DNA from: the human T2T-CHM13v2.0 reference genome, Homo sapiens
DNA: 64,000 nucleotides
Direction: 5' to 3' (one strand)
NCBI RefSeq assembly: GCF_009914755.1
Contig: NC_060925.1
The notes under the pieces were generated by a model. It did no database searches and was not told the origin of the DNA. It saw only the letters and a program-made list of their open reading frames with translations. The translations under genes and the position numbers were made by a program. Shown piece after piece: positions 1 to 13,907 of the stretch (the first letter of the stretch is position 1; every line of letters starts with the position of its first letter).

Positions 1-91
1 AGCTTGCAGTGAGCCGAGATCGCGCCACTGTACTCCAGCCTGGGCTACAGAGTGAGACTCCGTCTCAAAACAAAACAAAACAAAACAAAAC
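1..91 (+). mobile_element. Alu 3' end (AluY-like) with (CAAAA)n tail
   Basis: agcttgcagtgagccgagatcgcgccactg...ctccgtctc plus A-rich tail. Confidence 0.9.
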
Positions 92-536
92 AGCCAAGTA
101 CATTTATGCAGCATTTCATGAATATGAAGTCAATTAAAAGAAAAAGAAACATTAAGCAATTTTATAATTAGATAATTAACAGAATCCTTGATAGCCTTAT
201 ACTAATACAACTACTTGCAGATTGAAAATAATTCCATTTGCTGCCTGCTGGCACATTAAAGCCTACATGTAAAAAATACATCAAGTCTAGATGGGCTTCA
301 GTCATTTGAAAGTAATATTTTAGTGCATTCTAGTATAATCTTGATTAGTGCTTACATGCGTATAGTTCAGCACTTTATTTTGTGTCATGTTGAACATGAA
401 CTTTAAAGTTAAGGGAAACATTTTAAGTACGTAGTAGGAATCTACTTTCCCATCTTAAGCTCTGAATCTATTTGTGAAGGGATCCTATTTCCCAACAGCC
501 AAGGGATATACTGGAGAACAAGATTTTCAGGGTTGA

Positions 537-1028
<492 letters not shown>

Positions 1029-1178
1029 TAGAGTGAGAAGCATCAGATTCTTAGTTCCATGGAAATGAACGCCTCTTGGAGTGTTTCATCTTTTAAAATA
1101 GAGAAGGAAGCTGAGAGTCATTCAGGCCATGCTCAGAGATGTCAGCTCAGGAACTCCAGGAACCCAGTATTATTTTGA

Positions 1179-1273
1179 TTCCTTCCTTCCTTCCTTCATT
1201 CCTTCCCTCCTTCCCTCCTTTCCTTACTTCCCTCCCTCCCTTCCCTCCTTCCCTCCCTTCCTTCCTTCCTTCC
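1179..1273. repeat. (CCTT)n/(CCCT)n pyrimidine microsatellite
   Basis: Direct reading; occupies the tail of the adjacent monomer. Confidence 0.9.
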
Positions 1274-1393
1274 GATATGGGTTTTCCTCATGTTGTCCAG
1301 GCTGGTCTTGAACTGCTGGCTCAACTGATCCACCTGCCTTGCTTTGGGCTCCCATAGTGCTGGGATTACAGGTGTAAGCCAATGGGCCCAGCC
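1274..1393 (-). mobile_element. Alu left monomer (FLAM-like)
   Basis: caggctggtcttgaact...gtgctgggattacaggtgtaagcc. Confidence 0.8.
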
Positions 1394-1401
1394 TATTGTG
1401 A

Positions 1402-1720
<319 letters not shown>

Positions 1721-1974
1721 GATTTAAGAGGGCTTTGACTTGACCAGATGTGGTGGTTAAGTGAATATGATATGTTCCCTTCTTTATCATCCTCTCTGTT
1801 CTTAATTGCAAAAGCGCCAAATCCTCCTAGATAAAAGACAGCCCTAAGATCATTGTCACCATCCTCCTTATCCTCATCCCAACATTATATGAAGTTCTAA
1901 ATTTATACAAGTTACTGTATTAGATACTGAGACTAGTTACATTGATAATAATTACTACCATTTATTTAAGGGTG

Positions 1975-2190
1975 ATAATAATTACTACCACTTATTCAGC
2001 ATTTACCAAGGGCCAGGTCTGTGCTAAAAATGTTGCACATATTATCACATTTAATTCTTACTTAACTCAATAAAATAAGTATGATTATTGACTCCCATTT
2101 TTACATTAAGGAGACTGAAGCTTAGAGAGATTTGTGAAAAATGGCTCCTGGTCACTCAGCTACTAAGTAATAGAAGCAGGACTTGAACCT
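1975..2190 (-). mobile_element. MIR
   Basis: Reverse MIR core: cccattttttacattaaggagactgaagcttagagag...ggtcactcagcta. Confidence 0.75.
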
Positions 2191-2276
2191 CCCATACCCT
2201 TAACCAAAAGTTTTCAAAATAGTCAACACTGTCCATACCATCTAGTTGGAAAAGATGAGACCTGGACATAAAAACT

Positions 2277-2561
2277 GGCCAGGCAGAGTGGCTCACGCCT
2301 GTAATCCCAGAACTTTGGGAGGCTGAGGTGGGCAGATCACCTGAGGTCAGGAGTTCAAGACCAGCCTGGCCAACATAGTAAAACTCCATCGGTACTAAAA
2401 ATACAAAAAAATTAGCCGGGTGTGGCGGTGAACGCCTGTAGTCCCATCCACTTGGGAGGCTGAGGCAAGAGAATTGCTTGATGCAGTGAGCCAAAATCAC
2501 ACCACTGCACTCCAGCCTGGGCAAGAGAGAAAGACTCTGTCTCAAAAATAAATAAATAAAA
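2277..2561 (+). mobile_element. AluS with small right-arm deletion
   Basis: ggccaggcagagtggctcacgcc...A tail. Confidence 0.92.
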
Positions 2562-3793
2562 GCATTTTCAGGGGTTGTGACGAGAAATGCCTCACCCATT
2601 CTTTTGAGTCATTTATGAACTGTTCTTAATCATGTTACGTTCTAATTAAACATCTCCCTTTTCTTTTGACGTGGAAAAGTCTTTACCTTCTGCAATACCT
2701 TTTTCACATGTTGCAGCAAGCAGCCCTATTAATCGCATTCCCACCTGCCTTTGGCCCTCCCAGCTGCCTCGCTTGCAGAACACGATCGTTCAAACGGAAG
2801 TCATTCATGGGATCGCCTCTCCCTGCAGTAATCCAGAGCAGAATCACTTAGGCTGAGCACAGCTGCTACATCCCAGGGTAATTTGGTTTCTTATGTAGAA
2901 AAACTGCGGTCTGACATTTAACATTTCCTCCTCTGGAGAGTGTTTTTTTCTTTTTTTGTCTCTGTGAACTTATTACCCAGCATGTCTTCACGCCTTTACA
3001 TTCAGCGTGTTCACGTGCTCAGCGCGGTGTTCATGCCCGCACCATTGTGTGATCACCATCACTGGGTGAAGGGCTGTGGGCTTACAAAGCAGACTGGGAA
3101 TCACAATGACAAACCTTGGGTTCAGACTCCGGGTAGGACAGAAGGAAGTTTCTACCTGAGTTTCATGCTAATCAAGTAGGGGTGCAGGCGATCAAGCAGG
3201 GGTGCAGGGGTGCACCTGCGATCTCAGGGCATGGCCTCGTTGCTGTCACTACTGCGGTTGTTATTTTGGCTGTCTCAGGCCTCACCTGGAGCAAACCCTA
3301 ATTCTAACACACTCTGTGTTCTTTCAGATATCACTCCCCTCTTCTTTTCCCGTCTTTCCAGAATGCGCTGTGCTTGTGTCCTCTTTGCCAATCAGAGTGA
3401 GCCGCTTGGGGACTTTAGTCCATGCACATGTCGTGTCAGTGCAGATGATAGAACCTTGAGGGTGGTGACTTCCCCACCCGGAGCCATGGGTCGTGATTCC
3501 TTTGTCAGGCGTTCTGATTGGTTCCTGGCTTCCCTCTGCGGTGGTCGTATACCTTGTGTGTGGTTCTGGGAGCTCATGAACAACAGGAATCAAGGACACT
3601 GACCTTTCGCCATCAGCAAACTCCTGCTGTGTAGATTCAGGGGCGAAGAGAGTCTCGCGGTGAGAAATACTCTGGGTGAGAATGACCCTCTGTGTCTCCT
3701 TGGTCCTTCACACCCCATCAAGCACAGGCGGATCAGGAGATGTAAAGGTCAGGGAGCTGGTAAGCATCGACGAACAAAATCTTCCTGAGGAAG

Positions 3794-4164
<371 letters not shown>

Positions 4165-4245
4165 TTAAATTCTCCTCTCTGACAATGGCTAATTAAGATT
4201 TGGCCACATTATCTTTATTTCTCTTCTTTTGAAATTAGTGAGGGG

Positions 4246-4320
4246 ACCTGACCTTGGGTGATCCGCCCACCTCAGCCTCCCAAAGTGCTGGGATTACAGG
4301 CGTGAGCCACGGTGCTCCAC
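4246..4320 (-). mobile_element. Alu fragment
   Basis: gtgatccgcccacctcagcctcccaaagtgctgggattacaggcgtgagccac. Confidence 0.85.
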
Positions 4321-4711
4321 CACCTACGTGTCTTCTTGTATTCCTCTTCATGGGAGAAGTAGGGAAAAAATGATTTGGTATATATTCCTGAAAGATAAGA
4401 GTGTTCTAAGTATCGAATCCTTACACTTAAAACTTTAGGTTGAAAATGTTGCCCAAGTGCCAATAAAAATTGGGACCTTAAACATAGAAGTTCACCTTGT
4501 GGGTGGGCCCATCGCTGCTCCCGTGAGACTATCTCTGATCCAGGATGGATCAGAGCTAGGTGATACAGATGTCTCTGAAGCCCACGAGCTAGGCAGCACG
4601 ACAGACTGGATGCTTCTTTTGGTGCCAGCTGATCCAGAGGACATGGCCCTAGTCCATCTCCTAGGGCCACTGCCATTCTTTTTGTGTCCATATCAGGAAA
4701 GCATGGTATAA

Positions 4712-5043
<332 letters not shown>

Positions 5044-5970
5044 TCCTTTTCTCTTTTCTTCCTATTTATGACTACCCTCCCTTAAAGCAGTATCTTCTTT
5101 ATTTCAGCACTTACAGAAAGCTATGGCTGTTGACCATTCCTTTTTGAAGTTGTGAGTTGTACTAAAATATTTATGTATAATGTGTGGATAAGCACTTGAT
5201 TTACTGAGGCCTTTTGATGATAAGAACTCACAAAGGGTTTTAGATCAAGGGTGGCTTCATTGAAGAAACACCTCTGACATCAGCCAGCAACCGCATTTTC
5301 ATTAAAGACTCTCAATCTCAGCCTTTCCCTGGACGAGAGAGGAATGGGTTGTTGGCTACTTCCTGGCTGTCTGTGGCGGTCGTATTGATGTTGGGCCCAG
5401 CTGTGCTGAATGGCTCTGTTGGTGCTCGCTGGGCTTGCTTTGGCTGGCACAGCTGTGAGTGGAGGACAGCTGTGAGGAGCGGGAGTTGGTGCTGATTGAT
5501 GTCTTGTGAACCCCGGCGGAGCACTGAGCTCCATGTATGTACGGATTGGTCCTGTGAGTCACTACAGACTGGGCTAGAGGTGGCAGCAGAGGCATGTGGC
5601 GTTAGGTAGTACAGGAACCAAGAAGGCCCTCTGGACTGTGAACTCTCAGAGAACGGGTGTTGTTCTCATGCACCCTCAGACCCCCAGCCTGGGGCAACAC
5701 TGGGCGTGCAGGAAACCAAAGTCTCCGCTTGTTAAATGTCAGCAGCTGAGCCACAAATGGCAATAAGCTGAATAAAGAAGGTGGTGCTTCAAGGGAGAGG
5801 AGTAAAAACAAGGAAGAAAAGAGAAGAGGGGCCCTCAGAGCCAGGGATGGCTCATGCGGTTTCTGGAGAGTGGTTGTGTCCCTAGGTCAGAGTCAAATCC
5901 AGACTCCAAGGGCTAGCGTTGGAAATAAACTGTGATGTGCAGACATGACTTCTCACCCTCTCTCTCTCTC

Positions 5971-6266
5971 TTTTTTTTTTTTTTTTTTTTTTGAGATGGA
6001 GTCTTGCTCTGTTGCCAGGCTGGAGTGCAGTGGTGTGATCTTGGCTCACCTCTGCCTCCCGTGTTCAAGTCATTCTCCTGCCTCAGCCTGCTGAATTGCT
6101 GGGACTACAGGCGCCCGCCACCACGCCCAGCTAATTTTTTTGTATTTTAGTACAGATGGTGTTTCACCATGTTGGCCAGGATGGTCTCGATCTCCTGACC
6201 TTGTGATCCGCCTGCCTCGGCCTCCCAAAGTGCTGGGATTACAGGCATGAGCCACCGCGCCCGGCT
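5971..6266 (-). mobile_element. AluSc-like
   Basis: Reverse dimer; TSD atgacttctc. Confidence 0.92.
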
Positions 6267-7798
6267 GAAATGACTTCTCTTAGAGCTGCCTCCTTTCTGT
6301 GGCACCTCTTCCATATGATTGGGTTAGTAAAAATATTCTAAATAAGCAATTGATTTGAGGCTTTTTGAAGCCAAACAGTTTGGTGCCTTGAGAGCATAAG
6401 CCATTGCTTATGTGAAAAAAAACAAGAAACTGTATCTTTGCATATACTGGGGCCCAAATAAATCCCGTTTGAATGAATGAACATTTCCTAGTGAAAACAT
6501 GGGGCTGGAACCCTTCTGTGTCCGTGGGAAAATAGGAATCTATTGATGGATATGGCTCTTTGGCTTAAAGTGAAAAATCATGAACTGGTGGTCAAGAAAT
6601 CTAGGCATAGTCCACGCTTTTAACCCTCTGGGACCTGTTTTTCTGTAAACTGAGGTGACACTCTGTTCTGGAACAGCCCCTAAGGGGCCGTTTCAGGTCC
6701 TGCTACACGCTCTGAGTTGTGATTAGAGACTCTCTGGCCCTGTCATCGAGGAGGACGCCTCGAGACAGGCCTCATATGGTTTGCATCACTTCCTCAACCA
6801 GACTCGCTCAACCTGAACCTCCCATTGCTTCCCATCATTGTGTCTGGCTGTCTTGAGTGTCTCCCTCCTGAGCCACCCCTTGCTGCTGCAGTGTAAAGAG
6901 GCCTCTTGATTTATTAATCAATTAATCAGTGCGTGCTGAGGAGCTGTTCGGGGTAGTTAAACAGGGAAAACAAACAGCTGGAGCCTGCAATCAAGATGGA
7001 TCCTAATTAAGAACCACCCCCCAACTGCTGATCTTCCTGCCCCGTCACTGCCTCACAACTCCCCCCCACCAGCCTACAGCTCAGCAAACCGCCTTCAGCT
7101 CTGATGGGGCTTCTACCCCATGCAAGCTGACAGTGAATTTCCGAAGGGCAGATTTTCTCCCTAATGTCCTAGAGGTAAATAAGCCTTGAGATGAGCGTTA
7201 TCAATTACCTGCAACGACTGTTGAGCCCCCAAATGGCGTAGTAGCCCTGTTCATATAGGCACAGCCCACACTCTCCTATCCCAGTTCCCCCACGAACGGA
7301 GTCATGGAGCTGGAAGGTCCTTACGATAAGGAGAGGCCATGGCGCTGTGGACAGACGAGAGGTTCAGTGAGGTTCAGTGAGTTGTCTGAGGTCACTGCAG
7401 AACTCCAAGGTCACAAGTGGCAGAACTGGAAACTATCTGATACTCAACGAACACTCCTGGTGCTTGTTTCTCTGTGTAATCCTAAAGCAAAGTAAATAAG
7501 AGACATTGTTCTCACTGAATCCATTAAATGCTTCTGTTCCAGTGGTACTTAGCACACAATGCTGAGAAGGCCAAGATTTTCTTAGAACAGAACCTCTGTT
7601 CGAGGTTGCAAGTTGCACCTCCATCTGCAACTAACTTTCTGTGGTAACAGGGGGCCAAGGGACCTCAGTGCAGTGGTCCAGAATTGCACTCACCCCATAT
7701 CATGCCTGGACAAATGTTTGTTCCTTCTGATTGAACACCTTGGGAGAGCCCAGGGATGGCTATAATTCTTCAGTGGATGTAAGAATAAGAATGTTCTT

Positions 7799-8100
7799 GC
7801 CAGGCATGGTGGCTCACGCCTGTAATCCCAGCACTTTGGGAGGCCGAGGCGGGTGGATCACGAGGTCAGGAGATTGAGACCATCCTGTCTAACACAGTGA
7901 AACCCCATCTCTACTAAAAGTACAAAAAATTAGCTGGGCGTGGTGGTGGGCGCCTGTAGTCCCAGCTATTTGGGAGGCTGAGGCAGGAGAATCACTTGAA
8001 TCCAGAGGTGGAGGTTGCAGTGAGCCGAGATCGTGCCATTGCGCTCCAGCCTGGGTGACAAGGCGAGACTCCATCTCAAAAAAAAAAAGAAAAAAAAAAA
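7799..8100 (+). mobile_element. Alu (Sc8/Y-like)
   Basis: gatcacgaggtcaggagattgagaccatcctg; A tail; 280 nt upstream of the exon. Confidence 0.92.
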
Positions 8101-8380
8101 TATTCTTGACCAGCCTGGCGAAGAAGATACTTAGAAGTCTTATTTATTTTTTTAACTTCTTTTTGAAAGTTTTCACTATAAAATTCTTACATTTGTCTAA
8201 TGTGTTTATCAAAAATAGAGGCTTTTCTGCCAGTGTGTCTTCTCATTTCTGTGGAATGCCAATCAAACTATCCAACTCTTTGAGTACGTCTCGGGTTTGA
8301 CTGGTAAGCCAGGTATCTGACTTGCACTAGCAGCCTTGGAGTTATAGAATCTCCTCTCCCTCTGCTTCTGTGTTCTGTAG

Positions 8381-8914
8381 GACCCTGCTTTCTCGGCTGT
8401 GATTCACGACAAACTCCAGGTCCCCAACACCATCCGGAAGGCATGGAACGACCGGGACAACCGCTGTGACATTTGCGCCACTCACCTGAACCAGTTGAAG
8501 CAGGAGGCCATCCAGATGGTGCTGACGTTGGAGCAGGCAGCCGGCAGTGAGCACTACGACGCCTCGCCCTGCTCCCCGCCACCGCTCTCCAACATCCCCA
8601 CCCTGGTGGGGTCCCGGCACGTGGGTGGGCTCCAGCAGCCCAGAGACTGGGCCTTTGTGCCCGCCCCCTGTGCCACCTCCAACTACACAGGCTTCGCCAA
8701 CAAGCACGGCAGCAAACCCAGCAGCCTTGGGGTCAGCAATGGGGCGGAAAAGAAGAGCGGGTCCCCAACCCACCAGGCCAAGGTCAGCCTCCAGATGGCC
8801 ACCAGTCCAAGCAATGGGAACATCCTCAATTCGGTGGCCATCCAGGCTCACCAGTACCTGGATGGCACCTGGTCCCTGTCGAGAACCAACGGGGTCACCC
8901 TGTACCCATACCAG
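8381..8914 (+). CDS. KIF26B: KIF26B internal coding exon (likely exon 3), N-terminal non-motor region, 178 codons
   Basis: Polypyrimidine tract plus ctgtag|GAC acceptor; CAG|gtaagt donor; open frame [43 protein letters not shown]...NGVTLYPYQ recognised as KIF26B; overlaps ORF 8399..8974. Confidence 0.96.
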
Positions 8915-9269
8915 GTAAGTAGCCTGTGTGAGCCAGGAAGAGCAGGGCTGGCTGGAGTCAAAGCGGAGAAGTAGGCAGCACTTCCTTCCGCTGCCTCCTC
9001 CCGGGAACCCTGTAACTCAGAGCCCAGTGTTTCCATGTGGCCCCCACAGAGTTCTCATCAAGGTGCCCCACCCGGGCCTGCCTGCTTTGAGAGGGTGTTG
9101 CTACATCTTCCAAACTTTCCACACCTGCCCTTTCTCTGCTCTTCAGTGTCTCCTTCCTGAGAGACCCTCTTTGTGTAAGAGGTCCTTGCTGGTCCAGGTG
9201 ATGCCAGCGACTTCCCAGCCAGCAGATTTACCACATGGCAGAGCCATGAAGAGGTAGGCCACACAGATA

Positions 9270-9440
9270 CTTGGACTGGGGTCCAAGCCCCGACTTGTCC
9301 ACTTATTAGCAGCGTGACTTGGCACAAGGGGTTTGCCCTGTCTTAGGCTCAAGTCCCTCATTTATAAATGGATGTGAGTCACGAGAATTAAATAAGGTAG
9401 TGTTTGCATGACATGTAGGCCAACACCTGCCATATAGTAG
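9270..9440 (+). mobile_element. MIR
   Basis: ccacttattagcagcgtgacttggcacaag...ctcaagtccctcatttataaatgg. Confidence 0.65.
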
Positions 9441-10042
9441 GGGATCATTGTTGTGCCTGTTAACAGAGATTTTAGATATTAAGTGAGAGTGAGATGAGTG
9501 AGATGCTTTTGAACCAAAGGATATTGTGAGTCCCAGGAATCACGGTTTTAAAGCAGCCTGTGGAAGTGCTGGACATTGCTGAGAATAAAATATACGAAGG
9601 AACAGTGATCCGTGTTGGCACTCTGCCTTCCCTGTCTATACCTTCCAAAAGAGGTGTAGATGCCCTTCTTAACCTCTCCTCCCTTGACAGACCCAAATTC
9701 TTTTCTATTTGCAACTCACCTTAAGAACTACTGGGATTGGGCTGCCAAAACTGTTTCTTCCTTTTCAGTTATTTAAATTAGAACATGCCCCCAAGTTTCT
9801 CCATAGAAATAAAACACAGGTCTTAAATCTCCCAGGGAATCTTTAAAGATGTTCTAATTTTGCCCGGGTGAGTTTTCTGTTGGATGAGGACTGGATTTTT
9901 AATGTAAGTGGCCTCCATATCCCCTGCATCAGGGGTGTGGGAAGCAGCAGAGAGCATTGACCGTCACTGGAATGGAGAGGCGGCCACGGTCAAGGGTGTA
10001 TTACTCAGAGAAGATAGTTGGTACATACAGCAAATGATCCTG

Positions 10043-10211
10043 GAGACCTCAGGCTTTTTCTCACTTGGGTCTGTCATGGTGGGTGTTTGGTAGGTGGCCT
10101 TCTGCTGCGATGTGAGGACTCAGACTAGAGACCTCAGGTTATTTCTCACTTGGGTCTGTCATAGGGGGTGTTTGGTAGGTGGCCTTCCGCTGTGATGTGA
10201 GGACTCAGACT
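10043..10211. repeat. Tandem duplication, 2 x 85 bp
   Basis: gagacctcagg...gtgaggactcagact starts at 10043 and again at 10128. Confidence 0.95.
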
Positions 10212-10260
10212 TCTTCCACCAAATGCGTCACCATCTTCCAGGGGCCTCAAGAGTCCTTCA

Positions 10261-10779
<519 letters not shown>

Positions 10780-11882
10780 TCACCTTCCCACTGGTGAAGC
10801 TGGGGAAGCCAATCTACCCGTGAGCCCAGGAGAAAAAGGAACAAGTCGAGTGAACACATAGCATAGTTTTGTTACGCCGGACAAGATACAGGGAAACGTG
10901 GAGTGAGTTAAATGTGGTTGATAAAATGCCGGGTGACTTTCTCTAGAGCGTTTGAGAGTGTTCATGTCTCTTGCTATCTTGAAAGAAAGTGGGAAACGTT
11001 GATCATTATCCTAAGATATTAGCATTCTTGGACGGTCGAAATTTTCACTTAACTGGGTGCTTTCTAATTTACAAAATCTAACATATGGATTATTTCCTTT
11101 AACCCCACAGTAGGCCTATGAGGTAGGTGGGGCAGGTGTTAGATCTTCCTTTTACAGTTAAGGAATATGATGCTTAGAGAAATGGACTGATTGTGGCCAC
11201 ACAGCCAGTGGCAGAACCAGCACCAGCTCTCCCCTTGCCCAGGGAATGGCTTTGCCTACCGCGGTTTCTTCCAACTTTCCTAGGCTACCCCAAAGTAAGC
11301 TGCCGACATCTTTTCCAGATATGGTTCCTTTTCAGACCTGGTGTCACAAAGAAAAGAACTCGTTTTACCTGCAGGGGCCTCACTGCCCCTAGACTTTTGG
11401 ATAGAATCTTCTGGGATGTGTATATAAATATAATGAGGAACCAGTGGCGTCCTGTGCAGTGCTTCACATTCTAACCTTGGAAGTAACCTTCTAGGGCAGG
11501 AACAGAGAAGGGCTTCTTTGCATCATGGGATAATTTGCTTTTTTTTGTTTGCAGTTTTAAAATATACCATTTAGAAAATTATCAAAAGTAACATATTTGT
11601 TGTAAAATAAAATTTAAAATACATGAGGAAGTTTAAATGAGACTTTAAAAGTCGATGTCACCCGGATATAAACTATGTAACATTTGGGGATACTTCCTCC
11701 TAGCATTTCATACACTCGCAATTTGTAAAATTGTGACCAGGTTCAATTCTGTGACCTGCAGTTCACTTAATACATTGGGTACATTTCCCCATGCCACTAT
11801 ATGTTTCCCTAAAATATTATCTTTAGCAGTAACATATTTCATTATATGAATATTTTCCACGCTATGGAGATGTCCTCATTTA

Positions 11883-11962
11883 TTAGGTTGGTGCAAAAGT
11901 CATTGCGGTTTTTGTCATTACTTTCAATGGCAAAAACCGCAATGACTTTTGCACCCACCTAA
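11883..11962. mobile_element. MADE1 (Hsmar1 mariner MITE), 80-bp palindrome
   Basis: ttaggttggtgcaaaagt...acttttgcacccacctaa with TA flanks at 11881-82 and 11963-64. Confidence 0.95.
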
Positions 11963-12392
11963 TATATAACCAAACATCAATTAATTAGAATTTAGGTCTT
12001 TGCTACTATAAATACAATGCTCAGGTGAACATCCTTTTACCCAGGCCATAGTTTCAACACATGCCTGGCTTGTGTGAGCCACATACTTGTGTTACACAGA
12101 CAACTCACATTTCACCTTCCAGGACTCCGAAGCTCTTGTCACACGTGGCAGGGGCCGGTTAGAAGACTCGGCGGCTGCGCCAGCGCTGATGAGCGAGGAC
12201 AGAGGAGCATGAAACTGGTGCTTTCCTGTAAAATATTCAAAGTGAGGTGAAAGTTTGTGTGTAAGTCGGAAACACTGAAGATGCTGCTTAAACGGCCGAT
12301 TAGGGATTATTTGTGCGTTTCTTTTATTTGTGCAATGATTCTGTTCTTCCTCTTACTTCCCAAACTCAGATGAAAGAGAATTTACTGTACAA

Positions 12393-12570
12393 GTATTTAT
12401 TAATCTCTAACCAAGTACCAGGCACTGTGCTAGGTGGTGGGTGGGGCCGCAGCCTTGGGCTGGAAACCCTGGTTCCTGTCCTGAGGTCCTTGCAGTGGGA
12501 CAGAAGGCAGGTGAGTGCAGAGGTGAAGAGATGCCGCGGTGCTTTGGGGGCATGCAGACAGGCTCCTAAT
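12393..12570 (-). mobile_element. L2 3' fragment
   Basis: tatttattaa...gtaccaggcactgtgctagg...gttcctgtcctgagg. Confidence 0.55.
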
Positions 12571-13572
12571 CCCGCCCGATGTGGCAAAGCCAGATACAAC
12601 CAAGATTCACACAAGCCACCAACTTGTGGTCATCCTGGGTATGTTCTGTTGCTTCTTTCCAACTCCAGAACAGACCAATTCATGCATTTCCCCTCAGTAA
12701 TGAAGGGACCAGAGGAAATCTCTCTGGGATAAAGAGATTTGGTGCCTGGCTATGAATCTGCGTCCCCTGTGTTGTGACTGTGTCGTCCTGATGCCCTGGG
12801 GTGGGGGCTCTGGGTCTGGCCAGACTGAGTGTCTCCTGTTGCGGACATCTCCCTGCAGTACATATTGTACAGTTCGCAGTCTAGCCAGCTCGTCAGAGAC
12901 GGTTGACTGCTCTGAAAGCTGACCTCATTTTTCCTGCTTACCCATACTCCCACTTCCCTCCCCACAGAGCAGATGGCCTCTGGATCAGTGCCAGAGCCAT
13001 TCCCCGGGCAGAGAAGCATCTAGACCTTGTCACTACCAAGGGTGCGGCTCCACACCCGCGGGACCCGAGCCTCTAGAAATGAGGGAGAAGACGACTCTGC
13101 CTTTCTGCAATTTAGACGTCGCAAGGATGAAAACGATGCGGACAGGCTTTCCAGCAGTGAGCCTGGGGAAATCTGCGTCACATGGGCGATAGAAGGTCCC
13201 TCGAATCCCTCAATCCCCGTGGCCCGCACCACTGTGTAATAATCTCCAAAGGTTGCAGTAGGAAGATTCTTGATTCTCGTTTGCTATATCCTTCACATTT
13301 CTAAAGTACCTCCGGAAAGACCAGGAACCTGTAAGCATCACAGATAAATAGGAATCGATCCAGAGAGATTTTAAAAAGAGTAATTTAGGAAGTACTAAGA
13401 TGACATCAAAAATGTTGAACAAACCACAAAGATAATTCTCATTAAATATCTTAGAAAATTGATTTAATAGGAGATTATAAGACGGGCTTTCAAAGAAAGA
13501 CTTTCTTCTGTTCATCTGCAGACATTTAGCACAATCTATACACACACAGAGAAAGCAGAAAATTCTCTAGCG

Positions 13573-13892
13573 CAGGGGTCCCCCAGACCCCAGGCCACAG
13601 ATTGATACCACTCTGTGGCCTGTTAAGGAGCCAGCCGCAGAGCAGGAGGTGACTGGCGGGTGGGTGGGCATTACCTCCTGAGCTCCATCCCCTGTCAGAG
13701 CAGCAGTGCCATTAGGTTCTCCTAGGAGCAGAAACCCTACTGTGAACTGTGCATGTGAGGGATCTAGGTTGCATGCTCCTTATGAGAATCTAATGCCTGA
13801 TGATCTGAGGTGGAGCAGTTTCATCCCATCTCCGCGCCCTATTTGTCTGCCATGAAGCTGGTCCCTGGTGCCAAAAAGGTTGGGAATCACTG
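13573..13892 (+). mobile_element. MER1B (hAT-Charlie)
   Basis: CAGGGGTCCCC...ggttgggaatcactg termini; 8-bp TSD ctctagcg/ctctagaa. Confidence 0.85.
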
Positions 13893-13907
13893 CTCTAGAA
13901 TCTTCAT

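Noticed and set aside
8268-8918. Antisense and alternative-frame ORFs over the exon (104, 169, 123 aa)
   Set aside because: Expected shadows of a GC-rich coding exon; no independent signals.
8915-8974. C-terminal [19 protein letters not shown] of ORF 8399..8974
   Set aside because: Read-through past the CAG|GTAAGT donor into the intron; the ORF's GTG start is an internal Val.
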